IMG/VR virus record: IMGVR_UViG_3300011339_000381
Coordinates: 1 to 29,792 of that record
Direction: 5' to 3' (one strand)
Source of the DNA: a virus
Lineage: Duplodnaviria > Caudoviricetes
Length of the DNA stretch: 29,792 nucleotides
Below, one piece after another: positions 1 to 7,947 of this stretch (positions within the stretch are counted from its first letter, which is position 1; every line of letters starts with the position of its first letter). Below the pieces are notes generated by a model. It was not told the origin of the DNA. It saw nothing but the letters and a program-made list of their open reading frames with translations, and ran no database searches. Position numbers and translations under genes: made by a program.

Positions 1-26
1 TCCATGCTTTGTGTTATTGTTTTCAT
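1..26 (-). CDS. 5' end of a hypothetical protein running off the window (MKTITQSM...)
   Basis: ATG at 26-24 overlaps the TGA of ORF 23..379 (ATGA coupling); the frame is open to position 1. Confidence 0.5.
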
Positions 27-379
27 AGTTCTTTATACTTTAAGTTTCTGTCTGTGTAGAAATGGCTAGGGTTTGAACAATGCTTGTTGCCACAGGACAT
101 TTTGATGGCTAAATGATCTATGGGTTCGCCATGTAGTTCCATATACAATAAGCGATTGCTTTGTGTCATTTGGCGTTCTTCATTTTTGTAAGCACCAAAG
201 ATATTGCCGTGGTCATTGCTACTGCCAATCCAAGCCCAGCACTTATCTATGTCTGTTTTGACTATGCGTTTGTGCAGTAGTTCTGTATCCCACGACCAAT
301 TGCCAATTCGATGTGTGATATTTCTTTTTGGACCTGGGCTGTATCCCTTTGGTCTTCCAATTGGTTTCTTTTCTTTCAT
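23..379 (-). CDS. His-Me finger/HNH-like zinc-binding protein with N-terminal AT-hook-like motif, probably nuclease-dead
   Basis: CWAWIG...NRLLYMELHG...SCGNKHCSNPSHF matches the phage HNH pattern CWxWxG...HR...H.C.N..C.NP.HL; N-terminal KKPIGRPKG; SD GAAAGG upstream. Confidence 0.7.
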   Translation of the reverse strand: MKEKKPIGRPKGYSPGPKRNITHRIGNWSWDTELLHKRIVKTDIDKCWAWIGSSNDHGNIFGAYKNEERQMTQSNRLLYMELHGEPIDHLAIKMSCGNKHCSNPSHFYTDRNLKYKEL

Positions 380-401
380 TATTTGCCTTTCGTGTTATGT
401 G

Positions 402-407
402 TATTTA
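402..407 (-). promoter_or_regulatory. TAAATA late-type promoter upstream of the HNH-like gene
   Basis: ACATAAATAC on the minus strand in the 380-416 intergenic gap; same core as the other sites. Confidence 0.5.
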
Positions 408-416
408 TGTAATAAT

Positions 417-671
417 TCATAATGAATTTAAATCTATGTATTTTATAGATTCTGCTGGAATACCCATTTCTTTTAATGTTTGTTCTTGTTCATAGGTAAT
501 CCATTGTAACCATTTTTTATGATTACAGCAATACAATCCTCTATGAACATCATTTTTACTACTTTTAATTAATAAACTACAATGTTCATGTTCTTTGTTT
601 GTAAGAGTAATATTAAGTAATTTAATCTTATCTGCGTTCCAACCGCTAACTTTTTTGTGTGAAATATACAT
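417..671 (-). CDS. Hypothetical protein, 84 aa (Cys/His cluster HRGLYCCNHKKWLQW)
   Basis: ORF track; SD AGAAAGG upstream. Confidence 0.7.
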   Translation of the reverse strand: MYISHKKVSGWNADKIKLLNITLTNKEHEHCSLLIKSSKNDVHRGLYCCNHKKWLQWITYEQEQTLKEMGIPAESIKYIDLNSL

Positions 672-685
672 TTCTATGCCTTTCT

Positions 686-715
686 AAAAGAAGTAATACA
701 CAAGGGTATATTACT
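686..715 (-). terminator. Hairpin just after the polymerase-like gene (terminator or origin-type stem-loop)
   Basis: Minus strand AGUAAUAUAC-CCUU-GUGUAUUACU (10 bp, one G-U), then UCUUUU. Confidence 0.4.
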
Positions 716-727
716 ATGTGTTTTCCT

Positions 728-1840
728 TCAAAGTATTTCTAAATCCAATTCTATATCAAATCCAGTTTTAGTCCTAACAAAATTCCTTAAAGAAATTTGA
801 TCTACTTCATTTTCACATACCCAACCATCATGTTCTGTAAAGAACTTGTTATTGGTTTCTGTCAAATAATCAGTAATAGCACTAAGAACTCGCATCTCCA
901 AAGCAAAATACAAATTCCATTTCTGTTTACCTGTTATAGCACAAGTTCTTTGTTGACCTGTTTTAGTTGTATAAGTTCTTTTTTGTAATGTGGGTTTGAT
1001 GTAATCCCACATAATTTTAATTTCATCACGAAGTCCTGAAATAAATGGATCTTGTTTTAAGTAATGAATTCTCGCAATATCTCCTTGTAATAATTGATAG
1101 ATATCACTGTCTTCATGTAGTCCTAATCTAGCACCTGCAAAAAGGGCATTGATTATTTCTTTGGCAAGTTCAGGAGTTATCTCTGCTCTTTGTGCCAATT
1201 CATTTCTTACTTGAGTTCTGTCTTTGAGATATGCTTGTATATTTGGTAACCACAAATCCATGGGTCCTTGTAGCCATAATGCTCTTTTGTTGTTTTGGGG
1301 TCCTACTTGTTTTATTGAATCAAGCACTTCTGGTATTTGTTGGCTATGTTGTAATAGTAATCTAGGAGCACAACATTGAATGTCATATTGATATTTTAAA
1401 TTACTATCGCTGAATACTTTACGCTTTACTTCTCGTCTTACTCGTTGTAATGGATGCCAATTTCTATTTGATTTATTTTTATATTTGAATACCTTAGTGC
1501 TGAGTTCTTCGTTAAATTCTTCTTTGGCCCAATCAACAGCATTGACTTGTAATACACATGTAGACATTGAGCCAGTTTGTAAACTACTAACTCCTTGTGG
1601 ATTTAATTTATATTTCTTACTAACATGACTTAGACTGCTGTAATGCTGATCAGTGCAAATCAATAATGTATCTCTTAGATATTTTGATAATGGATTACTG
1701 CTAATACCAAAATATCGGTCTATATAACGAGTGCTCCAACTGCGTTCTTTAGTTTCGCTAAAACAAGCACAGGCAAATCCAATGGCTCGTTTAATTCGTC
1801 TTGCTACTCTAGGATCATTAAAGTTTGGTGTGTAAGTCAT
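728..1840 (-). CDS. Stand-alone superfamily-A polymerase-like protein (TV-Pol-like; candidate primase/replication initiator) with N-terminal putative DNA-binding domain
   Basis: Motifs in order: SNRNWHPLQ...KRKVF (GR/NLQ region), YDIQCCAP (motif A, D153), AKEIINALFAG (motif B-like, K227), FTEHDG (motif C, H337-D338). No exonuclease or helicase domain. Confidence 0.7.
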   Translation of the reverse strand: MTYTPNFNDPRVARRIKRAIGFACACFSETKERSWSTRYIDRYFGISSNPLSKYLRDTLLICTDQHYSSLSHVSKKYKLNPQGVSSLQTGSMSTCVLQVNAVDWAKEEFNEELSTKVFKYKNKSNRNWHPLQRVRREVKRKVFSDSNLKYQYDIQCCAPRLLLQHSQQIPEVLDSIKQVGPQNNKRALWLQGPMDLWLPNIQAYLKDRTQVRNELAQRAEITPELAKEIINALFAGARLGLHEDSDIYQLLQGDIARIHYLKQDPFISGLRDEIKIMWDYIKPTLQKRTYTTKTGQQRTCAITGKQKWNLYFALEMRVLSAITDYLTETNNKFFTEHDGWVCENEVDQISLRNFVRTKTGFDIELDLEIL

Positions 1841-2262
1841 TTTTTACCGCCAAACAACTTATCAAAGTCAGGTGTAGTGGATTTTTTCATGCCCTGTTCT
1901 TCAAATACTATTCTTGGTATTTCGTAGATGTCACTCATTAATTGACTGAGTTCTTCAATACCATCACACTGTCTTGGACTTAGGTCTCTGCGTTTTGGGT
2001 CTTGCTCTAACTTATCAAGTATACCTTGTGCAAAACTTTTTGGTGTGTTATGCTCATTGTTTACCTGTGGCTGGCGTGGCAGTTTATCATTGGGTTTATT
2101 AAACCATTGTTTGAACTCTGGTCTTGGATCTGCGTTTTCCAAACAGAGATAACCTAGCATAACGGTTTTGAGCCAATGCTGGTCTTCAAATTTAACTGTG
2201 CGTAGCGTGTCTTTAGTGTTAACACCTACTCGCTTTTTGTAAGTGATAGTTTCTTTTGTCAT
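1837..2262 (-). CDS. Hypothetical protein, 141 aa, translationally coupled to the polymerase-like gene
   Basis: ORF track; ATGA overlap at 1837-1840; AGAAAGAAAG upstream of the start. Confidence 0.8.
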   Translation of the reverse strand: MTKETITYKKRVGVNTKDTLRTVKFEDQHWLKTVMLGYLCLENADPRPEFKQWFNKPNDKLPRQPQVNNEHNTPKSFAQGILDKLEQDPKRRDLSPRQCDGIEELSQLMSDIYEIPRIVFEEQGMKKSTTPDFDKLFGGKK

Positions 2263-2311
2263 AAGTCTTTCTTTCTATAAAAATGTATTTGCCAAATACT
2301 TGTGTTAAATG

Positions 2312-2349
2312 TATTTATGTATTATAGTCTATTTCTTAGAGTTAGTCAA
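2312..2349 (-). promoter_or_regulatory. Sigma70 promoter with a nested TAAATA element for the 141-aa/polymerase operon
   Basis: TTGACT (2349-2344), 17 nt, TATAAT (2326-2321), then TAAATA (2317-2312). Confidence 0.8.
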
Positions 2350-2363
2350 CAGAAAATTTAGCC

Positions 2364-2395
2364 AAAAAAAAAGCACCAAATAAATGGTGCTTTTT
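2364..2395 (-). terminator. Intrinsic terminator, potentially bidirectional
   Basis: AAAAAGCACCA-UUUAUU-UGGUGC followed by a U9 tract on the minus strand. Confidence 0.8.
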
Positions 2396-2496
2396 AATCT
2401 AGCATTGCGCTAGAATGTAGGGGCTTTTTGAGGCTTCATATACTTTGGCAAATAACGAGAAAGGAATGTCTTACGACATACAACACTTGCCCCTAC
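2364..2496 (-). ncRNA. Candidate structured small RNA 1 (about 133 nt)
   Basis: Begins 4-5 nt after TAAATA (2506-2501). Closing stem UGUAGGGGC/GCCCCUACA (2497-2489 with 2424-2416), GNRA hairpin AUGUC-GUAA-GACAU, second hairpin CUAGC/GCUAG, intrinsic terminator; no minus-strand ORF. Confidence 0.65.
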
Positions 2497-2503
2497 AATG
2501 TAT

Positions 2504-2674
2504 TTAGTTTAATTCTTCTAACTTTCTTTGCCGCAGAAGTATTTCTTTTTGAAGTTCGTGGCGTAGTTCTTCATCAGTCATTTCAGCACGAACTATCTTA
2601 ATGGCTTCAGCAATCTCCATACCAGTGTATAAACGATACATTTCTCGTATCTGTGTTAAGCAGTCTTGGTTCAT
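2504..2674 (-). CDS. Hypothetical protein, 56 aa (MNQDCLTQIREMYRLYTG...KLEELN); not in the ORF track
   Basis: Manual translation; ATGA overlap with the upstream ORF; GGAG upstream; its stop lies inside the TAAATA motif. Confidence 0.7.
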   Translation of the reverse strand: MNQDCLTQIREMYRLYTGMEIAEAIKIVRAEMTDEELRHELQKEILLRQRKLEELN

Positions 2675-2835
2675 CCAATCTCCACAGAATTAATTTTAAT
2701 GGTTTGGTTCTTTGGTGCTGGAACTTCTTCTAAGAAAAGTTTTTTAGCAATCTCAGCATTGGGCACCGTTGTAATCACATACTGTTTACAGCGTTGTGCT
2801 GGTAGTAGTGTGTAAGTAATGATGTAGTCGTTCAT
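2671..2835 (-). CDS. Hypothetical protein, 54 aa
   Basis: Start re-assigned to ATG 2835, which follows AGGA and the upstream stop. Confidence 0.65.
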   Translation of the reverse strand: MNDYIITYTLLPAQRCKQYVITTVPNAEIAKKLFLEEVPAPKNQTIKINSVEIG

Positions 2836-2836
2836 T

Positions 2837-3118
2837 TTATTTTCCTGAACAATAAACAATTTTCACAGCATCATAGTCACTGACATACTTGGCCAATTCG
2901 CCCTTGCCCATTCTGTGAGACTGCATTTGAATTGCCATGCGGCTTGTATTCACTGCGGTAGTGTCCCAGCGATGTTTATCCATGCATTGATCCAATTCAC
3001 TAGGTGCTTTGGCTACAACAGGCTGTGGTTCTTTTTTAATTATAGGTAAAGCAATAACCAAACCAATAATAGCACCAAATACTATTATTGCAACCGTGCC
3101 TTTAGTTTCTGTTTTCAT
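2837..3118 (-). CDS. Small membrane-anchored/exported protein, 93 aa
   Basis: Start re-assigned to ATG 3118 (SD GAGGA); N-terminal hydrophobic helix VAIIVFGAIIGLVIALPII; two Cys in the soluble part. Confidence 0.75.
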   Translation of the reverse strand: MKTETKGTVAIIVFGAIIGLVIALPIIKKEPQPVVAKAPSELDQCMDKHRWDTTAVNTSRMAIQMQSHRMGKGELAKYVSDYDAVKIVYCSGK

Positions 3119-3173
3119 AATAAATCCTCTGTGTGTGTTAAGTGTGTTATGTTCTACGCTGAACATAGTAAAT

Positions 3174-3202
3174 ATTATACTACGTTCAGCATTTTAAGTC
3201 AA
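3174..3202 (-). promoter_or_regulatory. Sigma70 early promoter
   Basis: TTGACT-N17-TATAAT. Confidence 0.85.
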
Positions 3203-3203
3203 T

Positions 3204-3500
3204 TTATGCAGGAACTTTGCCTACCATATATTTTGCAGGGACCTGCTGTTTGATAGATGATTTCATATATGAATAATATTGCTTTTCGGTTTTGAAGCAA
3301 TCAATATTACAATTCAAACTCAAATCAAAGTTAATCATAAAACCAGTATCGGTAATGTCCCATCCTGTAAAATATGGACGATCAATATAATGATTATCAA
3401 TCCAGCGATAAATGCCAGATTCTGTTAAATCAGTATCAATAAACAGATCAGCGGTGCCATCTGTATTAATGTCTGCTTTGACGAGGTTAATGTAAGCCAT
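3204..3500 (-). CDS. Hypothetical early protein, 98 aa
   Basis: ORF track; SD AGGAG; has its own promoter. Confidence 0.8.
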   Translation of the reverse strand: MAYINLVKADINTDGTADLFIDTDLTESGIYRWIDNHYIDRPYFTGWDITDTGFMINFDLSLNCNIDCFKTEKQYYSYMKSSIKQQVPAKYMVGKVPA

Positions 3501-3563
3501 TTTGTAATCTCCTGATTAAAGTTAAGTTATACAGAACAGCACCTTACTGCCCTGTATGTATGT

Positions 3564-3592
3564 ATTATAACACCGAATTCAATTAGTGTCAA
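3564..3592 (-). promoter_or_regulatory. Consensus sigma70 early promoter with extended -10
   Basis: TTGACA-N17-TATAAT with TGt immediately before the -10. Confidence 0.9.
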
Positions 3593-3844
3593 TTAAATGC
3601 AACAATCAAGAACCATCTTGTAGTCAGCGAATGAGCAAGGCTTGCCCGCCCAATGTTTAGACAAGATATCTTTAATAAATTGGCGATTCAATATACGCTC
3701 TAATCTATCTGCTTGGTCATTCAATACACGACCAATGACAATCTGGCCCACCATCATACTCATAAACAATGCAGGGTCTTGATTGAAGATTTCTTCGCTC
3801 ATAATTACATCATCGCCGTTGGGCACTATTACTTTATTAGCCAT
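3593..3844 (-). CDS. Hypothetical early protein, 83 aa
   Basis: ORF track; SD AAGGAG; has its own promoter. Confidence 0.8.
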   Translation of the reverse strand: MANKVIVPNGDDVIMSEEIFNQDPALFMSMMVGQIVIGRVLNDQADRLERILNRQFIKDILSKHWAGKPCSFADYKMVLDCCI

Positions 3845-3877
3845 TTAGTTCTCCTTGAACTTGTTGTTGAAGTAGTT

Positions 3878-3906
3878 ATTATAACATCAAAACTAATTTA
3901 GGCCAA
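3878..3906 (-). promoter_or_regulatory. Sigma70 early promoter with extended -10
   Basis: TTGGCC-N17-TATAAT with TGt before the -10. Confidence 0.75.
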
Positions 3907-3908
3907 TT

Positions 3909-3943
3909 AAAAAAACCTGCCATAGCCATGCCGCAAACGCAGG
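3909..3943 (-). terminator. Possible terminator insulating the early promoter
   Basis: CCUGC...GCAGG followed by U7; the loop is large (18 nt). Confidence 0.35.
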
Positions 3944-3948
3944 AAAAG

Positions 3949-3966
3949 TGTTGTGTTTTTACAACA
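3949..3966. promoter_or_regulatory. Palindromic operator-like site TGTTGT-N6-ACAACA
   Basis: Perfect 6-bp arms about 43 nt upstream of the -35 of the first early promoter. Confidence 0.5.
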
Positions 3967-4067
3967 TTTTCGTATTTTAGTCTAATTTGCACCGTCTGGG
4001 GGTCTACATACTACTAGTGTATTAATAATACTAAATTATACCATAGTAATTTCGTATTAGTTGACAC

Positions 4068-4103
4068 AAAAGAAAGCCCGGGAAATATGCCTAAAACCCG
4101 GGC
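4068..4103 (-). terminator. Intrinsic terminator ending the late region and sRNA 2
   Basis: 7-bp GC stem, 14-nt loop, UUUCUUUU. Confidence 0.75.
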
Positions 4104-4151
4104 AGTCTCATTTTCAAGGATATACTCAAAGCCTGGTCAAAAACTTTAAGC
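4068..4151 (-). ncRNA. Candidate small RNA 2 (about 84 nt)
   Basis: Starts 5 nt after TAAATA (4162-4157) at the first base of stem GCUUAAAG/CUUUGAGU; linker contains UCCUUGAA; ends in a GCCCGGG/CCCGGGC stem plus UUUCUUUU. Confidence 0.55.
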
Positions 4152-4159
4152 ACTAGTAT

Positions 4160-4663
4160 TTATGTAAACTCTCCTTGTGGCATGTTGTCCCTGGGCTTGC
4201 CCAACGTAGGAGTAATATCTATTTCAAACTTAGTTTGTAGTTCTTCATAGTAGCCCATGGTAAACAATCGTTCTTCTGCGGTTTGTTCTACGGCACAGGC
4301 TCTAGTGTGTAGAAGTGTGCGTTGAGTTCTAAGTTTGCTGGGTCTGCGTGGCACAGCCCAACATTGTTCAAATGGCAAAGGATCAGCCCATGCCAAAAAC
4401 TCTTGAAGTTTTTCATCGGGCACATAGTAAACTGTCCACCAACTATTTGATTTTTTATCTTGATAAAATACTTGATCTTCTATTACGGGACAGTCCCATG
4501 GTAGTGCATTAAGCACAGCATAGTTGTAGTTGTCTGGTTCAGGTAAACTGTAATCAGTTATAGTAGTTAAAGGTCTAGTCCAACCAATGTGTTTTGCTAT
4601 TGCGATCCTAGGATCGGTGATGGTAATGTTTCTAGGCATTACCCATTTAGAGTCTCTTTTCAT
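4160..4663 (-). CDS. Hypothetical protein, 167 aa, possibly leaderless
   Basis: ORF track; CTAAGTA-GTAGT-ATG upstream with no SD. Confidence 0.75.
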   Translation of the reverse strand: MKRDSKWVMPRNITITDPRIAIAKHIGWTRPLTTITDYSLPEPDNYNYAVLNALPWDCPVIEDQVFYQDKKSNSWWTVYYVPDEKLQEFLAWADPLPFEQCWAVPRRPSKLRTQRTLLHTRACAVEQTAEERLFTMGYYEELQTKFEIDITPTLGKPRDNMPQGEFT

Positions 4664-4671
4664 ACTACTAC

Positions 4672-4944
4672 TTAGTGGGTAATAATATATCCTATTACAG
4701 CCAAAATAGACGCTGTAATTGTGCCTATTGTAGCAGTTAACTGTATGAACCGAGAATTACTTTGTTTTTCCAATAACAATTTAATGTCACTGAAACCTGC
4801 CTGCATCTGTGCTTTGAGAGCGGAAAGGTCACTTTCCACTTTGTTAAGTCTTGTTTCTAAAGCATCGAACTTATCTTCAATACCCTTGTAACGAATGGCG
4901 CATATTTCTACATGCGTGGCTAGATCTCGTTCTTCTTGACTCAT
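4672..4944 (-). CDS. Coiled-coil protein with C-terminal transmembrane helix; holin/XhlA-like
   Basis: Heptad repeat (IEDKFDALETRLNKVESDL), C-terminal hydrophobic helix, position after the tail fibres. Confidence 0.55.
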   Translation of the reverse strand: MSQEERDLATHVEICAIRYKGIEDKFDALETRLNKVESDLSALKAQMQAGFSDIKLLLEKQSNSRFIQLTATIGTITASILAVIGYIITH

Positions 4945-4945
4945 T

Positions 4946-7927
4946 TTACGCTCCTACTGGCACTACCGTTAAAATAACACTGGGGATTGCTGGTATAGGT
5001 GCCGCTGCCGCAACATAGTCTAATAAGACATTGGTATCATTAGCCGCCCAAGCAAGTTCATAGTAATCACCTGCTGAGGCACTGACAATATAATTCCAGG
5101 CTGCCATAATTCTATCACCGTTGCCAGCAATTCTGGTATCACCTGCTGAATCGGCTACTGCTGTGCCATTCTTCTTTAACCAAATAAATGCGTTGTGTGC
5201 TCCACCTGTTGTTTGATTTAACTGAGCACTGAACTGAATGTTATATATGCCAGCATTAGCCATAGTAATACGACTGAGTGTTGTGCCATTAGTGACAATA
5301 CTAATGCCATTGCTGATACCTGTGTTATTAAATGACATTAAGTTTTCTGCGTTGGCCACAGGATTAGTTTGATCCTGTGTGCTGTATGCTTCAATGTATT
5401 GTCTGCCATAACTAATCTGCCCGCCAACTAATGGATTACCTGCTGTGTTTGTCAATGTGGCTGTTGTGCCATTCAATACCAAATAATTATTACCAGCACT
5501 ACTTTCCAAAGTAATAGTATCACTGCTTATAGCAGCCACAGTTTTAGTTAAGTTTAGTAAGTTAGTGCCATCACTGTGTTGAAACAAGTTTTGGTCACTG
5601 TTGTATTGTGCCAATGTATTGCTTAAACTACTTCTTATACTGACAGTATTTGTGCCAGTGTTAGTAGTTAAAACTTCAAATACATTACCGCTAACACTGG
5701 TAGTATAATCTTCTGTAGTTTTAAATCTAACAATACCAGTGCCACTAGTTGTGCTTGTTCCAATAGCACCTGTTTGACCATTTACTTGAATTTTAAATAT
5801 TTCGTCATTGAGTTTTAATGGTGCTCTACGATTTGTTACTACACTTTTTCTTGAAGTAGTAACAGTCATACTGTTACCACTGCCCTTTAAACCATAGTCA
5901 TCTGGACCTGCAACCATGGCCACAGGTGTGCCACTGCTACCTAATAATACACCTGCTGTTTGGAATGTAGATGCTATTGTGTAAGTTCCAATACCGCCTG
6001 CTGTATAAAAATTGATAGCAGTTGCTGCCAATGGTGCTGTTAAATTGTTGCTGAGTGTAATAGTTGTTCCACTGATAGTAATAACAAATGTATTAGCAGG
6101 AATACCAGCGGCAACAACGAATTGTCCTTCATCAATACCAGTAGCACTAGCCACAGTAATTGTTGGTGTGCCACTTGTGCCAGTAGCAGTTGTAGTTGCT
6201 ATGGCTGCACTAGTTGCTGTTTGTTGACTTTGAATAAAATATGGAGTAGTATTGCTTAATGCTGTGGCACGAATTAATTGGCCGCCACCTGCGGCACCAG
6301 CGTTTGTAGTTCCATATAGCACACCACTGCTTACTGCTGTAACAGTTAATGTGTTACCAGCGGCACCTGCGCCATTGTCAATATAGCCTGTAAAACTACA
6401 AGTATCTTGATTGGTAACTCCAGATATACTTAAACTTAAACTTGGTATTTGAAATGTGCCACCACCTCTGCCTTTATAAACAATATTACCAGCAGTATTA
6501 ACAAAAGTATTATCACCAGCATCAATATTACCTGTGATCCAGTTTAATTGACTGTTGATTGGAACTGTAACAGTATTCACTGAAGTAGTTGATGGAGCGC
6601 TTTGTCCAGTGAGAAAACTAACTTGTCTACTTGTAGCACTGAATTTATTGCCAGGTGGTGTTGTTAAAAATAAAAACCTACCACCACCTGCTGTAGTGCC
6701 AACACCTGTAATAGTTGTTGAACTAACTGCTGGAGGATTTGTTCCAACACCATTGTAATTTATTGATACTGTATAAGTTCCAGCACCACCAAATGTGTTT
6801 GTGCCATATGCTGTAATAGTTGTGCCAGCAACAATGCCTGTGCCAGTTAATAATTGTCCAACATGAATTGCACCGCTGGTAACTGCTGACACAGTCATAG
6901 TAGTTCCACTGATACTACCTGTAAATACACTGGTTTCAAAGGCAGCGGCTTCTGCTGTTTGTGCTACTAAACCTGTTTGTAATCCAACACCGTTTTCACT
7001 ACTCCATCTACTACCATCATAATAACCACCAGCCATAGTGCCCACACTTGCATTAGCGGCATTAACTGCTGTAGGTGTTACTCTAGTTCCACGGCTAGAT
7101 TCTAAAACAAAGTTAGCAACACCAATAGTATTGCCTGTAGCATTATTGCCGCTGTTTAGTCCGTATTCTCTAACTACAACACGACCGAGTCTATTTGTTG
7201 TAGAATTATCAAAGAAACCTGCTACTGCACTTTGTGTAGAACTTAGATTGGTGTTGAAAACTAATACATCACCATTACTATCTATTGGTTTACCGCCACC
7301 TGTTATTGTTTTAATTGTGCGTTGTCCGCCACCTGCGGCATATAATACGCCACCTGATGAATATGCTGTTGTTGTAATATTAGCATAACTTACTGAAGTG
7401 TTTGTTACTGCTGTTACTACAACTGTGCCATTATAACCAGAAGGAGTTATACCTACTACTATAATAGTTTCACCAACTACAAATGGAATAAACCCTGGAT
7501 CTGTAAATGTTATTGTTGCTGTGGTTCCATTACCACTGGCACCGGTTACAGTATAAACACCACCTACTTGCATGTTGTTATTGACTCTGACTTCACCAGT
7601 CATAGATGTTAATGAATCGTCAATGTATAGAACGGCTTGTCCAGAAGTAGCATTACCACCTGTTGATGTCATCCTAACATCAAAGTCTGGACTACCTGCA
7701 CTACTGTGAAAATCGATGTATGGACTGCCTGCTATTGCTCTACCAGGCTTACCAATTTCAATCTTACCATTATCGCCTGGACCTGCTTCAATAACTACTT
7801 GTCCATCTTCACCACTGTCAGTGGTAACACTGCCAGAAGTAACAATATCACCTGTGGTAGCATCTATTGTTGCTACAGTATCGCCTACTGCGAGACCAAA
7901 TTTTACTTTAAATTTTTCGTTTGCCAT
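4946..7927 (-). CDS. Tail fibre/receptor-binding structural protein, 993 aa
   Basis: G/T/S/A-rich; PYIDFH...DFDVR fibre motif; repeated small beta modules ([12 protein letters not shown]...G.YTV); C-terminal C1q/TNF-like beta domain ([11 protein letters not shown]...WLKKNG...WNY...GDYYEL). Confidence 0.8.
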   Translation of the reverse strand: MANEKFKVKFGLAVGDTVATIDATTGDIVTSGSVTTDSGEDGQVVIEAGPGDNGKIEIGKPGRAIAGSPYIDFHSSAGSPDFDVRMTSTGGNATSGQAVLYIDDSLTSMTGEVRVNNNMQVGGVYTVTGASGNGTTATITFTDPGFIPFVVGETIIVVGITPSGYNGTVVVTAVTNTSVSYANITTTAYSSGGVLYAAGGGQRTIKTITGGGKPIDSNGDVLVFNTNLSSTQSAVAGFFDNSTTNRLGRVVVREYGLNSGNNATGNTIGVANFVLESSRGTRVTPTAVNAANASVGTMAGGYYDGSRWSSENGVGLQTGLVAQTAEAAAFETSVFTGSISGTTMTVSAVTSGAIHVGQLLTGTGIVAGTTITAYGTNTFGGAGTYTVSINYNGVGTNPPAVSSTTITGVGTTAGGGRFLFLTTPPGNKFSATSRQVSFLTGQSAPSTTSVNTVTVPINSQLNWITGNIDAGDNTFVNTAGNIVYKGRGGGTFQIPSLSLSISGVTNQDTCSFTGYIDNGAGAAGNTLTVTAVSSGVLYGTTNAGAAGGGQLIRATALSNTTPYFIQSQQTATSAAIATTTATGTSGTPTITVASATGIDEGQFVVAAGIPANTFVITISGTTITLSNNLTAPLAATAINFYTAGGIGTYTIASTFQTAGVLLGSSGTPVAMVAGPDDYGLKGSGNSMTVTTSRKSVVTNRRAPLKLNDEIFKIQVNGQTGAIGTSTTSGTGIVRFKTTEDYTTSVSGNVFEVLTTNTGTNTVSIRSSLSNTLAQYNSDQNLFQHSDGTNLLNLTKTVAAISSDTITLESSAGNNYLVLNGTTATLTNTAGNPLVGGQISYGRQYIEAYSTQDQTNPVANAENLMSFNNTGISNGISIVTNGTTLSRITMANAGIYNIQFSAQLNQTTGGAHNAFIWLKKNGTAVADSAGDTRIAGNGDRIMAAWNYIVSASAGDYYELAWAANDTNVLLDYVAAAAPIPAIPSVILTVVPVGA

Positions 7928-7947
7928 AATTCACACAATCCTTATGT

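Noticed and set aside
2466-2507. Plus-strand mini-ORF MSYDIQHLPLQCI, echoing the polymerase motif YDIQ
   Set aside because: The SD-like GAAAGGA abuts the ATG, no plus-strand promoter is visible, and a 4-aa match with divergent DNA is expected by chance.
4061-4090. Plus-strand TTGACA as a promoter
   Set aside because: There is no -10 hexamer at 16-18 nt spacing; the region is a terminator stem.
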